DNA of 29,701 nt from Chthoniobacteraceae bacterium (GTDB taxonomy: Bacteria > Verrucomicrobiota > Verrucomicrobiia > Chthoniobacterales > Chthoniobacteraceae): NCBI GenBank assembly GCA_040081625.1, contig JBEBGD010000066.1:1-29701 (forward strand), given 5' to 3'. A program made the position numbers and the translations under genes. The notes under the pieces are model-generated. The model was not told the origin of the DNA, ran no database searches, and saw only the letters and a program-made list of their open reading frames with translations. Shown here piece after piece: positions 1 to 8,680 of the stretch. Every line of letters begins with the position of its first letter. Positions within the stretch are counted from its first letter, which is position 1.

Positions 1-891
1 CCGGGGCTGCCGCGGCACGAGATCGACGCGGCGCTGCGCGCATTTCCGCTGAACGCGTCGCTCCATCTCGCGCGGGCGGAACGCACGCTGCGCAGCGCGA
101 GCCGGGGCGCCGACTGGCAGAATGACCTGCGCATCGCGACGCGGCTGGTGCCGAACTCATGGCAGGTCTGCGCCCGCAGCGCGCGGCTGTGCCGGTCCGT
201 GCAGCCCTCGCTTGCGCTGCACTACTGGCAGCTCGCCATCGAGCGCGCCACGCGGCAGCGCGTCGATGTCTTCGGCACGGCGCTCGCCGAGACGCGCGGC
301 CTGCCTGGCGCCGACGATGTCTGGCAAAGCTACGCCGAAGCCCACGCCGACCTCGCGCTGCTGCTCAGCGAAAGCCTGCCTGCCGACGAAGGCCGCCGCT
401 ACTACGAGCTGTGGTGGCAGCAGCGCGGAGCGCAGGCCGCCGACATTTCCGAGGCGGAAGCCGCTGCCTTCATGCGCGTCGCGAAACGCTGGGGCACGCC
501 CGCGCAACTCGCGAGCTGGATGCAGCGTCACTCCGATCGGACCGCGTCCGATTCCCGCGGCTGGGCCGCGCTGCTCCATGGCTGGGGTGAGGACGGGAAG
601 GCGTGGGAGATTCTCCGAGTCGCGCTCCCGGAGCCGGCGTATCCCGAGAACGCGCCGACGCTTTCGCGACAGGAACTCGAGTTTCGCTGGCGTCGCAACC
701 CGGAGGACATCGTGAACGCGCGCAGCTACGCGCAGGCACTCGATCTGAACGGCGAGAGCGACGCGTGCGAGAAGGTGCTGCTTGATGTCGCCGCGCGTCC
801 CGAGGCGCCGAAGTGGTTCGTCGAGAAAGCCGCGTGGCAGCTCGCGAAGCGGAAGGAATTCGCGCGGGCGGTCGAGCTGACCACGCGCTGA
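1..891 (+). CDS. 5'-truncated hypothetical protein, helical/TPR-like C-terminal region
   Basis: Frame 1 is open from base 1 (PGLPRHEIDAALRAFPLNASLHLARAE...) to TGA at 889-891. GC3-rich codons; Ala/Trp-rich helical-repeat character. Confidence 0.7.
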   Translation, partial: PGLPRHEIDAALRAFPLNASLHLARAERTLRSASRGADWQNDLRIATRLVPNSWQVCARSARLCRSVQPSLALHYWQLAIERATRQRVDVFGTALAETRGLPGADDVWQSYAEAHADLALLLSESLPADEGRRYYELWWQQRGAQAADISEAEAAAFMRVAKRWGTPAQLASWMQRHSDRTASDSRGWAALLHGWGEDGKAWEILRVALPEPAYPENAPTLSRQELEFRWRRNPEDIVNARSYAQALDLNGESDACEKVLLDVAARPEAPKWFVEKAAWQLAKRKEFARAVELTTR

Positions 892-904
892 GCGGGCAGA
901 ACGT

Positions 905-932
905 TTGACACTCTCCGCGCGGTTTCTATCGT
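905..932 (+). promoter_or_regulatory. sigma70-type promoter of fur (TTGACA-N16-TATCGT)
   Basis: Perfect -35 TTGACA at 905-910 and a TAnnnT -10 at 927-932, 8 nt before ATG 941. Confidence 0.55.
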
Positions 933-940
933 CGCGCGAA

Positions 941-1402
941 ATGGACGAAGGTGTTCGCCAACGCATTTACGATTACTTCGCCCACAAAGGGATGCGCCGC
1001 ACCGTGCAGCGGGATGCCATCATCGAGGCGGCGTTCGGCACGACGGAGCATTACACCGCAGAGGAGCTGCTCGGGATGGCGCACCAGATCGAGAAGAGTG
1101 TCTCCCGCGCTACGGTCTATCGCACGCTGCCGCTGCTGGTCGAATGCGGCGTGCTCAAGGAACTCGACTTCGGCAAGGACCACAAATTTTACGACCCGAA
1201 CTACATCGAGCATCCGGGCCACAACCATCTCATCTGCGCCGATTGCAGCCGCGTGGTCGAGTTCGAGGACCGCAATATCGACACGATCGAGGACTGCATC
1301 TCGAAGCGGCTCGGCTTCTCGCCCACGATGAAAATCCTACGCATCGAGGCGACGTGCGACGAGCTGCGGCGCAATGGCGTCTGCGTGAATCGCAAGGCGT
1401 GA
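941..1402 (+). CDS. fur: Fur-family metal-responsive transcriptional regulator
   Basis: HYTAEEL, VSRATVYRTL wHTH and HNHLICADC metal-site motifs. ATG 941 is preferred over TTG 905, which is the -35 box. Confidence 0.92.
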   Translation: MDEGVRQRIYDYFAHKGMRRTVQRDAIIEAAFGTTEHYTAEELLGMAHQIEKSVSRATVYRTLPLLVECGVLKELDFGKDHKFYDPNYIEHPGHNHLICADCSRVVEFEDRNIDTIEDCISKRLGFSPTMKILRIEATCDELRRNGVCVNRKA

Positions 1403-1875
1403 ACGACGCGTTCGCACGGCTCGGGCTGGCGCGGCATCCGTGGATCGAGGCAGACGAAGTCCGCGCCGCCTTCCATCGGCTCGCCGCCACCAATCATCCG
1501 GATCGCGCCGGCTCGACCGCGGATTTCTCGGAGCTGACCCGCGCCTATGAAATCCTGCGGGACCCCGCATCGCGGCTGCGGCATTTCCTCGCGATCGAGC
1601 AGCCGGATCGCGCCCCCGATGCGGGCATCCCCGCCGATCTCATCGAATGGTTCCCGCGCGTCGCAGCCCAATTGCAGGCGCTCAAGCGCGGGGACGCGGG
1701 CGATGCGGAGACGACGCTCGCGGAGCTGACCGCTTCGCGTGAAACCGCGCACGCGCGCATCCGCGAACTGGACGCGAACCACTTCGACGAGCTTGCGCAT
1801 GCGCTCGCCCGGCTCGGGTTTCTCGACAAATGGATCGCGCAGCTCAGCGAGGGGCTGCTTGCGCTGAAGCTGTAG
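1399..1875 (+). CDS. hscB: J-domain co-chaperone, HscB-like
   Basis: GTG start overlaps the fur stop (GTGA). N-terminal J domain (DAFARLGL...FHRLAATNHPDR...AYEILRDP..R..H) followed by a helical C-domain; lies directly upstream of an Hsp70. Confidence 0.8.
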   Translation: MNDAFARLGLARHPWIEADEVRAAFHRLAATNHPDRAGSTADFSELTRAYEILRDPASRLRHFLAIEQPDRAPDAGIPADLIEWFPRVAAQLQALKRGDAGDAETTLAELTASRETAHARIRELDANHFDELAHALARLGFLDKWIAQLSEGLLALKL

Positions 1876-1915
1876 CGGTTGCCGCGTCGCGGCGTGTGGC
1901 GTATCGGCGGCGCCC

Positions 1916-3688
1916 ATGTCTCTCATCGTCGGCATCGACCTCGGCACGACTAATTCGCTCATCGGCGCGATGGACGCCGGCTTTCCCGTGCTCATCGCGG
2001 ACGACGCTGGCGAGCGGCTCACGCCGTCGGTCGTGCATTTTCCGCGCGACGGCGAGCCGATCATCGGGCGCGCGGCGGCGCGGATGCGGGCGATTGAACC
2101 GGAGGCGACCGTGTATTCGGTGAAGCGGTTCATCGGGCGCCGGGCGGGGGAGATCGAAGGTCCAAAGTCCGAAGTCCAAAGTCCAAAGTCGGGCGTGAGC
2201 TATGCGATCGGCGGTGAGAGCGGAGCGGCGGTGAAGGTGCTCGTGCGGGGCAGGGGGTTTTCGCCTGAGGAAATCTCCGCTCTCGTGTTGCGCAAGCTGC
2301 GCGCCGACGCGGAGCGCGCGCTCGGGTGCGCCGTCACGCGCGCGGTCATCACGGTGCCTGCGTATTTCAACGACGCGCAGCGCAACGCGACGAAGCGCGC
2401 GGGCGAACTCGCGGGGTTCAGCGTCGAGCGGATCGTGAACGAACCGACAGCCGCGGCGCTCGCGTATGGACTCGAGCGGCTGGGTGAGCGCTCGAAGGTC
2501 GCGGTGTTTGACCTCGGGGGCGGCACGTTCGACATCTCAATTCTCGAACTCAACGCCGGCGTCTTCCACGTCCTCGCGACCAACGGCAACACGCGGCTCG
2601 GCGGCGACGACATCGACCACGCGCTCATTTCCGATTTCCGATTGCCGATTGCCGATTGGCAGAAGCGCGACGCCATCGTCGAGGCGAAGCACCGGCTCTC
2701 CGTCGAGGAATCCGTCGAGATCCCGCTGCCTTTTGCCGCCGGCGGCGAAAGCCTCGTCTATCGCCTCACGCGTCACGACCTCGAGCGGCTCGCTTTGCCC
2801 ATCGTCGAGAAAACTCGCGGCCACTGCCTGCGCGCGCTCGCCGATGCGAAAATCGCTCCGGGCGAACTCGACGACGTGATTCTCGTCGGCGGCTCGACGC
2901 GGATGCCGCTCGTGCGGCGATTCGTCGCCGAACTTTTCGGACGCGAGCCGAACACTTCGCAAAACCCCGACGAAGCGATCACCATCGGGGCGACGTTGCA
3001 GGCGGGCGTGCTGAGCGGCGAGGTTCAAAACGTCGTGCTGCTCGATGTGACGCCGCTTTCGCTCGGCATCGAAACCTTCGGCGGGCTGATGAACGTCATC
3101 ATCCCGCGCAATTCGACCATCCCGTGCAAGGCCGGCGAGATGTTCACCAACGCGGTGCCCGGCCAGCGCGCCATGCTCATCCGCGTGCTGCAAGGCGAGC
3201 GCGAACTGGCGAGGGACAATTGGGAGCTGGGGCAGTTCGAGCTCGAGTTCGAGTCCGCGCCGAAAGGCCAGGCGCGCGTCGGCGTGCAGTTCGAGCTCGA
3301 TGCGAATGGCATCCTCGCCGTGCTCGCGCGCGACACGAAGACCGGACACGAGCAGCGGATCGAGATGCGCAGCGCCGTCGATGTGACCCACAGCGCGGTC
3401 GAGCAGATGCTCGATGCGTCGCTCGAGCACGCGTTCGACGATATGAGCGCGCGGCAATTCGCGGAGGCGAAGCTCAAGGCCGACGATTTGCTCGCCGCCG
3501 TGCGTGCCGCGTTGCCGAGGCTTTCGCTATCCGCTGCCGACGAGGCGGAGGTCGCCCGGCTCGTGACGGACGTGGAGAGCGCCATCGCGCTGGCGTCCGC
3601 ACCCGCGCTGAAGAAGGCGAATGAAGCGCTCGATCGCGGCACCGAGCACCTTGCGGCGTTGCTGCTCGATCAACTCATGGGCGGGTAG
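1916..3688 (+). CDS. hscA: Hsp70-family chaperone, HscA/DnaK paralogue
   Basis: GIDLGTTNS, TVPAYFND, FDLGGGTFDIS, VGGSTRMP and VLLDVTPLSLGIET motifs. The HscA assignment rests on adjacency to the HscB-like gene. Confidence 0.85.
   Translation: MSLIVGIDLGTTNSLIGAMDAGFPVLIADDAGERLTPSVVHFPRDGEPIIGRAAARMRAIEPEATVYSVKRFIGRRAGEIEGPKSEVQSPKSGVSYAIGGESGAAVKVLVRGRGFSPEEISALVLRKLRADAERALGCAVTRAVITVPAYFNDAQRNATKRAGELAGFSVERIVNEPTAAALAYGLERLGERSKVAVFDLGGGTFDISILELNAGVFHVLATNGNTRLGGDDIDHALISDFRLPIADWQKRDAIVEAKHRLSVEESVEIPLPFAAGGESLVYRLTRHDLERLALPIVEKTRGHCLRALADAKIAPGELDDVILVGGSTRMPLVRRFVAELFGREPNTSQNPDEAITIGATLQAGVLSGEVQNVVLLDVTPLSLGIETFGGLMNVIIPRNSTIPCKAGEMFTNAVPGQRAMLIRVLQGERELARDNWELGQFELEFESAPKGQARVGVQFELDANGILAVLARDTKTGHEQRIEMRSAVDVTHSAVEQMLDASLEHAFDDMSARQFAEAKLKADDLLAAVRAALPRLSLSAADEAEVARLVTDVESAIALASAPALKKANEALDRGTEHLAALLLDQLMGG
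2160..2190 (+). repeat. heptamer tandem array (GTCCAAA)x4.4 inside the Hsp70 gene
   Basis: GTCCAAA GTCCGAA GTCCAAA GTCCAAA GTC, translated as GPKSEVQSPKS. Confidence 0.9.
2627..2660 (+). repeat. heptamer tandem array (ATTKCCG)x~5 inside the Hsp70 gene
   Basis: ATTTCCG ATTTCCG ATTGCCG ATTGCCG ATTGGC, translated as ISDFRLPIADW. Confidence 0.9.
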
Positions 3689-3718
3689 GCGACTGCTGGA
3701 CTGCGGCAGGCGCAGGTT

Positions 3719-5566
3719 TTACGAGGCTTGAGCCTGATGCTCACGAATGAGCGCGAGGAATGCTTCGCCGAAATCGGCGCGCTTTTTTTCGCCGACGCCG
3801 TTGACCTCGAGGAACTGCGCTGCAGTCGTCGGCTTAAGGACTGCCATGTGGCGCAGGGCAGCGTCGGAAAAAATGACGTAGGCGGGCACGCTGCGCTCGT
3901 CGGCGAAGGTGCGCCGGAGCTCGCGCAGCTTTTCGAAGAGCGTGTCGTCGGGTGGCTCGTCGGACGCGGATTCGGTGGCGACGGCGACGGACTTCCGGCG
4001 CGGCCTGCGCGCGACGGCAGGCGTGGCGAGGGCGCGGGTGAGGGTGATGGGCGCGCGCGCGCGCAACGCATCGAGGCCGGCGTCGGTCACGTCGATGGTG
4101 GCGAACTTGTCGGTGCTCTGCACGAGGTAGCCGAGGCGGATGAGCTCGCGCGCGATGGCGGCCCATTCGCCGTGCGGGAGGTCCGCGCCGATGCCGAAGG
4201 TCGAAAGGCGCGCGTGGCCCCAGCGATCGGTGCGCTCGGTGGTGTGGCCGAGCAGCACGTCGATGTGATGGTTCAGCCCGAAGGTCATGTCGCCGTCGCG
4301 CGAGGACTGCTTGGCGCGGAGGATGGTGGAGATGAGCTTCTGCGCGGGCACGGTGCCGTCGTAGGTGTCGCGCGGGGCGAGGCAGTTGTCGCACGCGCCG
4401 CAGTTCGGGTCGGGATAGGTTTCGCCGAAATATGCGAGCAGGTCGGCGCGGCGGCAGCCGGGGCATTCGGCGAAGTGGACCATCTGCCGGAGCTGCGCGC
4501 GGGCGATGCGGCGCTCGTCGTCGCTGGTCATCTCGTCGATGAAGCGCTGGTATTTCATCACGTCGCCGGAGGTGAAGAAGAGCAGGCAATCGCTGGGCAG
4601 GCCGTCGCGGCCGGCGCGGCCGGTTTCCTGGTAGTAGCCCTCGAGGTTTTTCGGCAGGTCGTAGTGAACGACGAAGCGGACGTTGGGTTTGTTGATCCCC
4701 ATGCCGAAGGCGATCGTCGCGCAGATGACGTGCGCGTCGTCGCGGAGGAAGGCTTCCTGGTTCTCCGAGCGCTGCGTGTCGGTGAGGCCGGCGTGGTAAG
4801 GCCGCGCGCTCACGCCGTCGGCGCGCAGTTTTTCGGCGACGGTCTCCGCGTTCTTGCGGCTGAAGCAATAGACGATGCCGCTCTCGCGCCGGCGCTGGCG
4901 GATGAATTCGACGAGCTGCGGATACGCGTCGCGCTTTGGGGTGACGCGGTAGTGGAGGTTCGGGCGGTTGAAGCTGGCGACGAAATTGCTGGCGTCTTCG
5001 AGGCGGAGCTGGCGGACGATGTCTTCGCGCACGCGCCCGGTCGCGGTGGCGGTGAGCGCCATCAGCGGGACGCCGGGCAATTCGTCGCGCAGGCGCGAGA
5101 GCTGGCGATATTCCGGGCGGAAATCGTGGCCCCATTCCGAGATGCAATGCGCCTCGTCGATCGCGACGAGCGCGACGTTCCACTCGCGCAGCCGCGAGAG
5201 AAACGAGTCGATCATCAACCGCTCCGGCGCCGCGTAGAGGAGGCGGTATTCTCCGTTATAGAGCCCCGCGAGCCGCGAGCGCGATTCCTTCTCGCCGAGT
5301 GTCGAGTTGAGAAAAGTGGCGGCTACGCCGTTGGCGGTGAGCGAATCGACCTGATCCTTCATCAGCGCGATGAGCGGCGAGACGACGACGGTGAGCCCGT
5401 CGCGCACGAGCGCGGGGAGCTGGTAGCAGAGCGACTTCCCAGCGCCCGTGGGCAGCAGCGCGAAGACATCGCGACCCGCGAGTGAGTCGGTGATGATCTC
5501 CTCCTGCAGGGGCCGGAAGGAGTCGTAGCCGAAGTGGGTTTTGAGCGCGGCGAGCAGCGCGCTCAC
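3719..5566 (-). CDS. recQ: ATP-dependent DNA helicase RecQ
   Basis: PTGAGKS, DEAH, WGHDFRPEY, ATIAFGMGINK, YYQETGRAGRDG, the RQC cysteines (CRR...CGACDNC) and a C-terminal HRDC domain (VPAYVIFSD). Confidence 0.97.
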   Translation of the reverse strand: MSALLAALKTHFGYDSFRPLQEEIITDSLAGRDVFALLPTGAGKSLCYQLPALVRDGLTVVVSPLIALMKDQVDSLTANGVAATFLNSTLGEKESRSRLAGLYNGEYRLLYAAPERLMIDSFLSRLREWNVALVAIDEAHCISEWGHDFRPEYRQLSRLRDELPGVPLMALTATATGRVREDIVRQLRLEDASNFVASFNRPNLHYRVTPKRDAYPQLVEFIRQRRRESGIVYCFSRKNAETVAEKLRADGVSARPYHAGLTDTQRSENQEAFLRDDAHVICATIAFGMGINKPNVRFVVHYDLPKNLEGYYQETGRAGRDGLPSDCLLFFTSGDVMKYQRFIDEMTSDDERRIARAQLRQMVHFAECPGCRRADLLAYFGETYPDPNCGACDNCLAPRDTYDGTVPAQKLISTILRAKQSSRDGDMTFGLNHHIDVLLGHTTERTDRWGHARLSTFGIGADLPHGEWAAIARELIRLGYLVQSTDKFATIDVTDAGLDALRARAPITLTRALATPAVARRPRRKSVAVATESASDEPPDDTLFEKLRELRRTFADERSVPAYVIFSDAALRHMAVLKPTTAAQFLEVNGVGEKKRADFGEAFLALIREHQAQAS

Positions 5567-6147
5567 GGATGACGCACGGGCGGCGGCACAAGCACCGACT
5601 TCATCCCGGCGGCGTCGGCGGCGGCGATGCCGGTGCTCGTGTCCTCGAAGACGAGGCAGCGCTCGGGCGACACGCCGAGGCGCAGCGCGGCTTCGAGAAA
5701 CGGATCGGGTGCGGGCTTGCCTCGGCGGTAGTCCTCGGCGGTGACGATGGCCTGAAACAGATCGGCGATGCCGAGCGCGCGCAGCGTGCTCATGACGATG
5801 CGGCGATGTCCGCCGGAGGCGACGGCCATCGGCTTCACGCCGGCAAAGCTGCGCGCGATGGTGACGACCGGCTCGATCGCCGCGATGCCGTGGCTCATCT
5901 CGAGAAAGAGGTGTTCCTTGTGCGCGACGATCTCGTCGATGGGGAGGGAGAGCGAATGGCGCTCATTGAGCAGCTCGACGATGCGCGCGGTGGGCGTGCC
6001 GCCCAGCTCGTAAAACATCGCCTCGGGAAAGATCTCTGCGTGCTCGCCGAGCGCGCTGAGCCATGCCTTGTAATGAGTAGGCATGGTGTCGGCGAGCGTG
6101 CCATCGCAGTCGAAAATATAGGCTGCGAAGTCGCCTTCCGGGATCAT
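5563..6147 (-). CDS. HAD-superfamily phosphatase (YqaB/beta-PGM-like)
   Basis: Motif I FDCDGTLADT, GKPAPD and VFEDT. Start is ATG 6147 (GTG 6180 is also possible); the stop overlaps the recQ start. Confidence 0.9.
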   Translation of the reverse strand: MIPEGDFAAYIFDCDGTLADTMPTHYKAWLSALGEHAEIFPEAMFYELGGTPTARIVELLNERHSLSLPIDEIVAHKEHLFLEMSHGIAAIEPVVTIARSFAGVKPMAVASGGHRRIVMSTLRALGIADLFQAIVTAEDYRRGKPAPDPFLEAALRLGVSPERCLVFEDTSTGIAAADAAGMKSVLVPPPVRHP

Positions 6148-6301
6148 CAGGGGAAACGCATAAGGCGTCTTGTCGGTCACGCGGCGGAGGCTGGGTGCGA
6201 GGTGCGGCACCCGCAACAGAAAGTTCGATCCGCGTTGCGAATTCGCTCGTCCCCGCCGCGACTCGCGGCGATAACTGGCGGCAGCCCTTTTCATCCGACC
6301 C

Positions 6302-8653
6302 ATGTCCGACATCCGCTTTTCCTGCCCCGAGTGCGACCAGCATCTTGTCGTCGAGCAAACCGCCGCCGGTGTCGCCATCGATTGCCCCTACTGCCAGAGC
6401 TCGCTGGTGATCCCCGCCAAGGCCGGCGAAGCGCCCGGTCTCCTCGCGCGCCGGCGAGTGGGTGGTGGCGAGAGCGCCATCGGAAATGCGGCGGTCGCCG
6501 AACTCCAGGCGCGGCAGAAGGAGCTGGAGGCTGCGCTGGCCGAGTCGGCAAAGCTGCGCGCGGAGTCGGAGAACTCGCGCAGCGAACTCATCAAGCTGCG
6601 CGCGGATCTCGAGGCCGTGGCCAACGAGCGCGAAGGGCTGCGAACGAGTGGCGAACAGACGGGCCAGGAACTCACGCGTCTCAAGAGCGAGGAGGGCCGG
6701 CATGTGACGGAACTCAACGAGGTGCGCAGCGAACTGGCCGGCGCGCGAAAGGAACTCGCGAAGCTCGGCGCCGACCTTCAGACCGCCCGCACGCGTGCGG
6801 CAGGTGTCGAGGATTTCGAGGTTCTCAAGGGGCGCCTCGCTGTGCTGGAGCGCGAGCGCGACGAGTCGCGCGCACAGGCACAGAAGGCCGCGGAGGAGTT
6901 GAAGAAGGCCACCGCGGCGCCCAAGCCCGCGCCGGATCCGCGAAAGCTCACCGAGGCGATCAACGAGCGCGATGAATTGCGCGCTCAGCTCGCGAAGACA
7001 ATCAGCGAGCTCGCGGCGATCACGGCCGAGCGCGACAAGCACAAGAGCCGCGCCGGGACATCCGGCGACCAATTGAGCACCCTCCGGGAGGATCTCGACA
7101 AGTCGCAGCGCGACCTCGAGACCGCGCAGCGCAAGCTGAAGGAAATCGGCGAGAGCTTCGCCACATCCGAGCGCGAGCGCGTCGAGGCGCTGCGCAAGGT
7201 GGCGCAATCGGACGCGAGCAGTGAACTCAAGGAACTGCGCGAGCAGCTCGGCGCCGCTCAGTCGCAGCTCGTGAGCGCGCAGGCGATGGCTCAGACGCTC
7301 CGCACCGAGCGCGACAGCGTGCGGATGGAGCTGACCGGGCGTGACGAGACGCTGAAGAAAGCTTCGCAGACCGTGGACGCCGCGAAGGCCGAGTTCGACC
7401 GCAGCGCGAAGGAAGCGACCACGATCGTCGCGGAAAAGGAACAGCTCACGAGCCAGCTCGCCGAGGTGCAGGAGGAGGCGAAGGAACTTCAAGCCCGCGT
7501 GGACAGCCTGCTCGATAATCTCCACGCCCGCGAGCGCGAGGTCGCCGAAGGTCGCGAAAAGCTCACGGCGATCACGACTGAACGCGATCAGGCCCGGGTG
7601 ACGATCGCCGAGCGCGAGGCCGCGGCGAAGGATCTCCAGGAACGATTTTCCGGACTCGAGGCAAGCCTGGCAGCCGCACGCACCGAGCAAAAGGAAGCCA
7701 AGCTGGAGTTCGAGCGCGCGGCGGCGACACTACAGGCGCTCACCGACGAGCACTCGCGTCTCCAGGGCGAGTTGAACGCCGCGCGGCTGAGCAGTGCCGA
7801 CGGACACTCGCACGCTGAGACTCTCGATTCCGAACTCGCGAACGCGCGCAAGGAGCTCGCCACCCAGACCGAGCGCGCGACCTCGGCATTGCGGCGCGTC
7901 GAGAGCCTTGAGAGCGAACTCGCGCACCGCAACGGCGAGTTGGGCGGCCTTCGCCACGACCTCGCCACTTCCGTGGAAAATGAAAAGCGGGCACAGACCG
8001 ATTTTGTCGCGAGAGAGAACGCGCTGCGCACGCAGGTCGGCAAGCTCGGCACGGACGTAGCCGCTGCGAGTGGACGCGCGGACGATTTGCAGAAGCGACT
8101 CGAAGCCGCGCAAAAGGACATCGAGCAAAACAGGCAGACGCTCAGCGCCAGCAGCGAAGAACGCGAAGTGCTCACGCGCAAGCTCGCGGCCCGCGACGTG
8201 GAGATTCGCGACCTGGCGGCGCAGATCGAGCGGACGAAGGCGGCCGAGGCTGCGCTCTCGGAACGACTCGCGAAGGTCGAGACCCAGTTCTCGGCGGACC
8301 GCGAGAAGTCGCGACTCGTGGAGGCGGAGCGTGACCGGCTGAAGCTGAACCTCGATCGCGTGACCTCCGAAGTGCGCGCCGGCGCGGAAGCCGTAAAGCA
8401 GGCGAAGATCGACCAGGAAGCCGCGAAGGCGAGCATGCGCGAAATGGAGCGCCAGCTCGAAGCTTCGCTGGATCAACTCGCCGACACCGAGGGCGATCGC
8501 GACCGGCTCAAGGAAGAGGTCGATGGTTTCAAGCAGGGCGTCGATCGCGCCAAGCAGCACATCGCCGTGCTGCAAAGCCGGCGCGACCAGATGCGGGATG
8601 AGATCGCCAAGCTGAAGGTCAAGCTCGGCCTCGCGCCCGACGCGGTCGTCTGA
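6302..8653 (+). CDS. N-terminal Zn-ribbon (CxxC-x17-CxxC) plus about 700-aa coiled-coil protein
   Basis: IRFSCPECDQHL...IDCPYC followed by near-continuous E/K/R/A/L heptad sequence; no Walker motifs. Confidence 0.85.
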   Translation: MSDIRFSCPECDQHLVVEQTAAGVAIDCPYCQSSLVIPAKAGEAPGLLARRRVGGGESAIGNAAVAELQARQKELEAALAESAKLRAESENSRSELIKLRADLEAVANEREGLRTSGEQTGQELTRLKSEEGRHVTELNEVRSELAGARKELAKLGADLQTARTRAAGVEDFEVLKGRLAVLERERDESRAQAQKAAEELKKATAAPKPAPDPRKLTEAINERDELRAQLAKTISELAAITAERDKHKSRAGTSGDQLSTLREDLDKSQRDLETAQRKLKEIGESFATSERERVEALRKVAQSDASSELKELREQLGAAQSQLVSAQAMAQTLRTERDSVRMELTGRDETLKKASQTVDAAKAEFDRSAKEATTIVAEKEQLTSQLAEVQEEAKELQARVDSLLDNLHAREREVAEGREKLTAITTERDQARVTIAEREAAAKDLQERFSGLEASLAAARTEQKEAKLEFERAAATLQALTDEHSRLQGELNAARLSSADGHSHAETLDSELANARKELATQTERATSALRRVESLESELAHRNGELGGLRHDLATSVENEKRAQTDFVARENALRTQVGKLGTDVAAASGRADDLQKRLEAAQKDIEQNRQTLSASSEEREVLTRKLAARDVEIRDLAAQIERTKAAEAALSERLAKVETQFSADREKSRLVEAERDRLKLNLDRVTSEVRAGAEAVKQAKIDQEAAKASMREMERQLEASLDQLADTEGDRDRLKEEVDGFKQGVDRAKQHIAVLQSRRDQMRDEIAKLKVKLGLAPDAVV

Positions 8654-8680
8654 GCGGGCGGTGCGCAGCGGCCGCTGACG

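Noticed and set aside
3728..5485. 585-aa plus-strand ORF opposite recQ (likewise 23365-26310, 27383-29014, 19944-21884, 13025-14431 and others)
   Set aside because: These are antisense or alternative-frame shadows expected in high-GC DNA; they have no motifs, and the overlapping frame encodes a clear conserved protein.
6194..6216. GGTGCGA GGTGCGG CACCCGCA as another heptamer array
   Set aside because: It has only two GC-rich units, which is compatible with chance.
6302..8653. SMC/SbcC annotation for the coiled-coil protein
   Set aside because: It has no Walker A/B, signature motif or hinge domain.
8666..8677. Palindrome CAGCGGCCGCTG between the convergent coiled-coil gene and xerD, considered as a dif site or terminator
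   Set aside because: It does not resemble the AT-rich 28-bp dif consensus and has no loop or U-tract.
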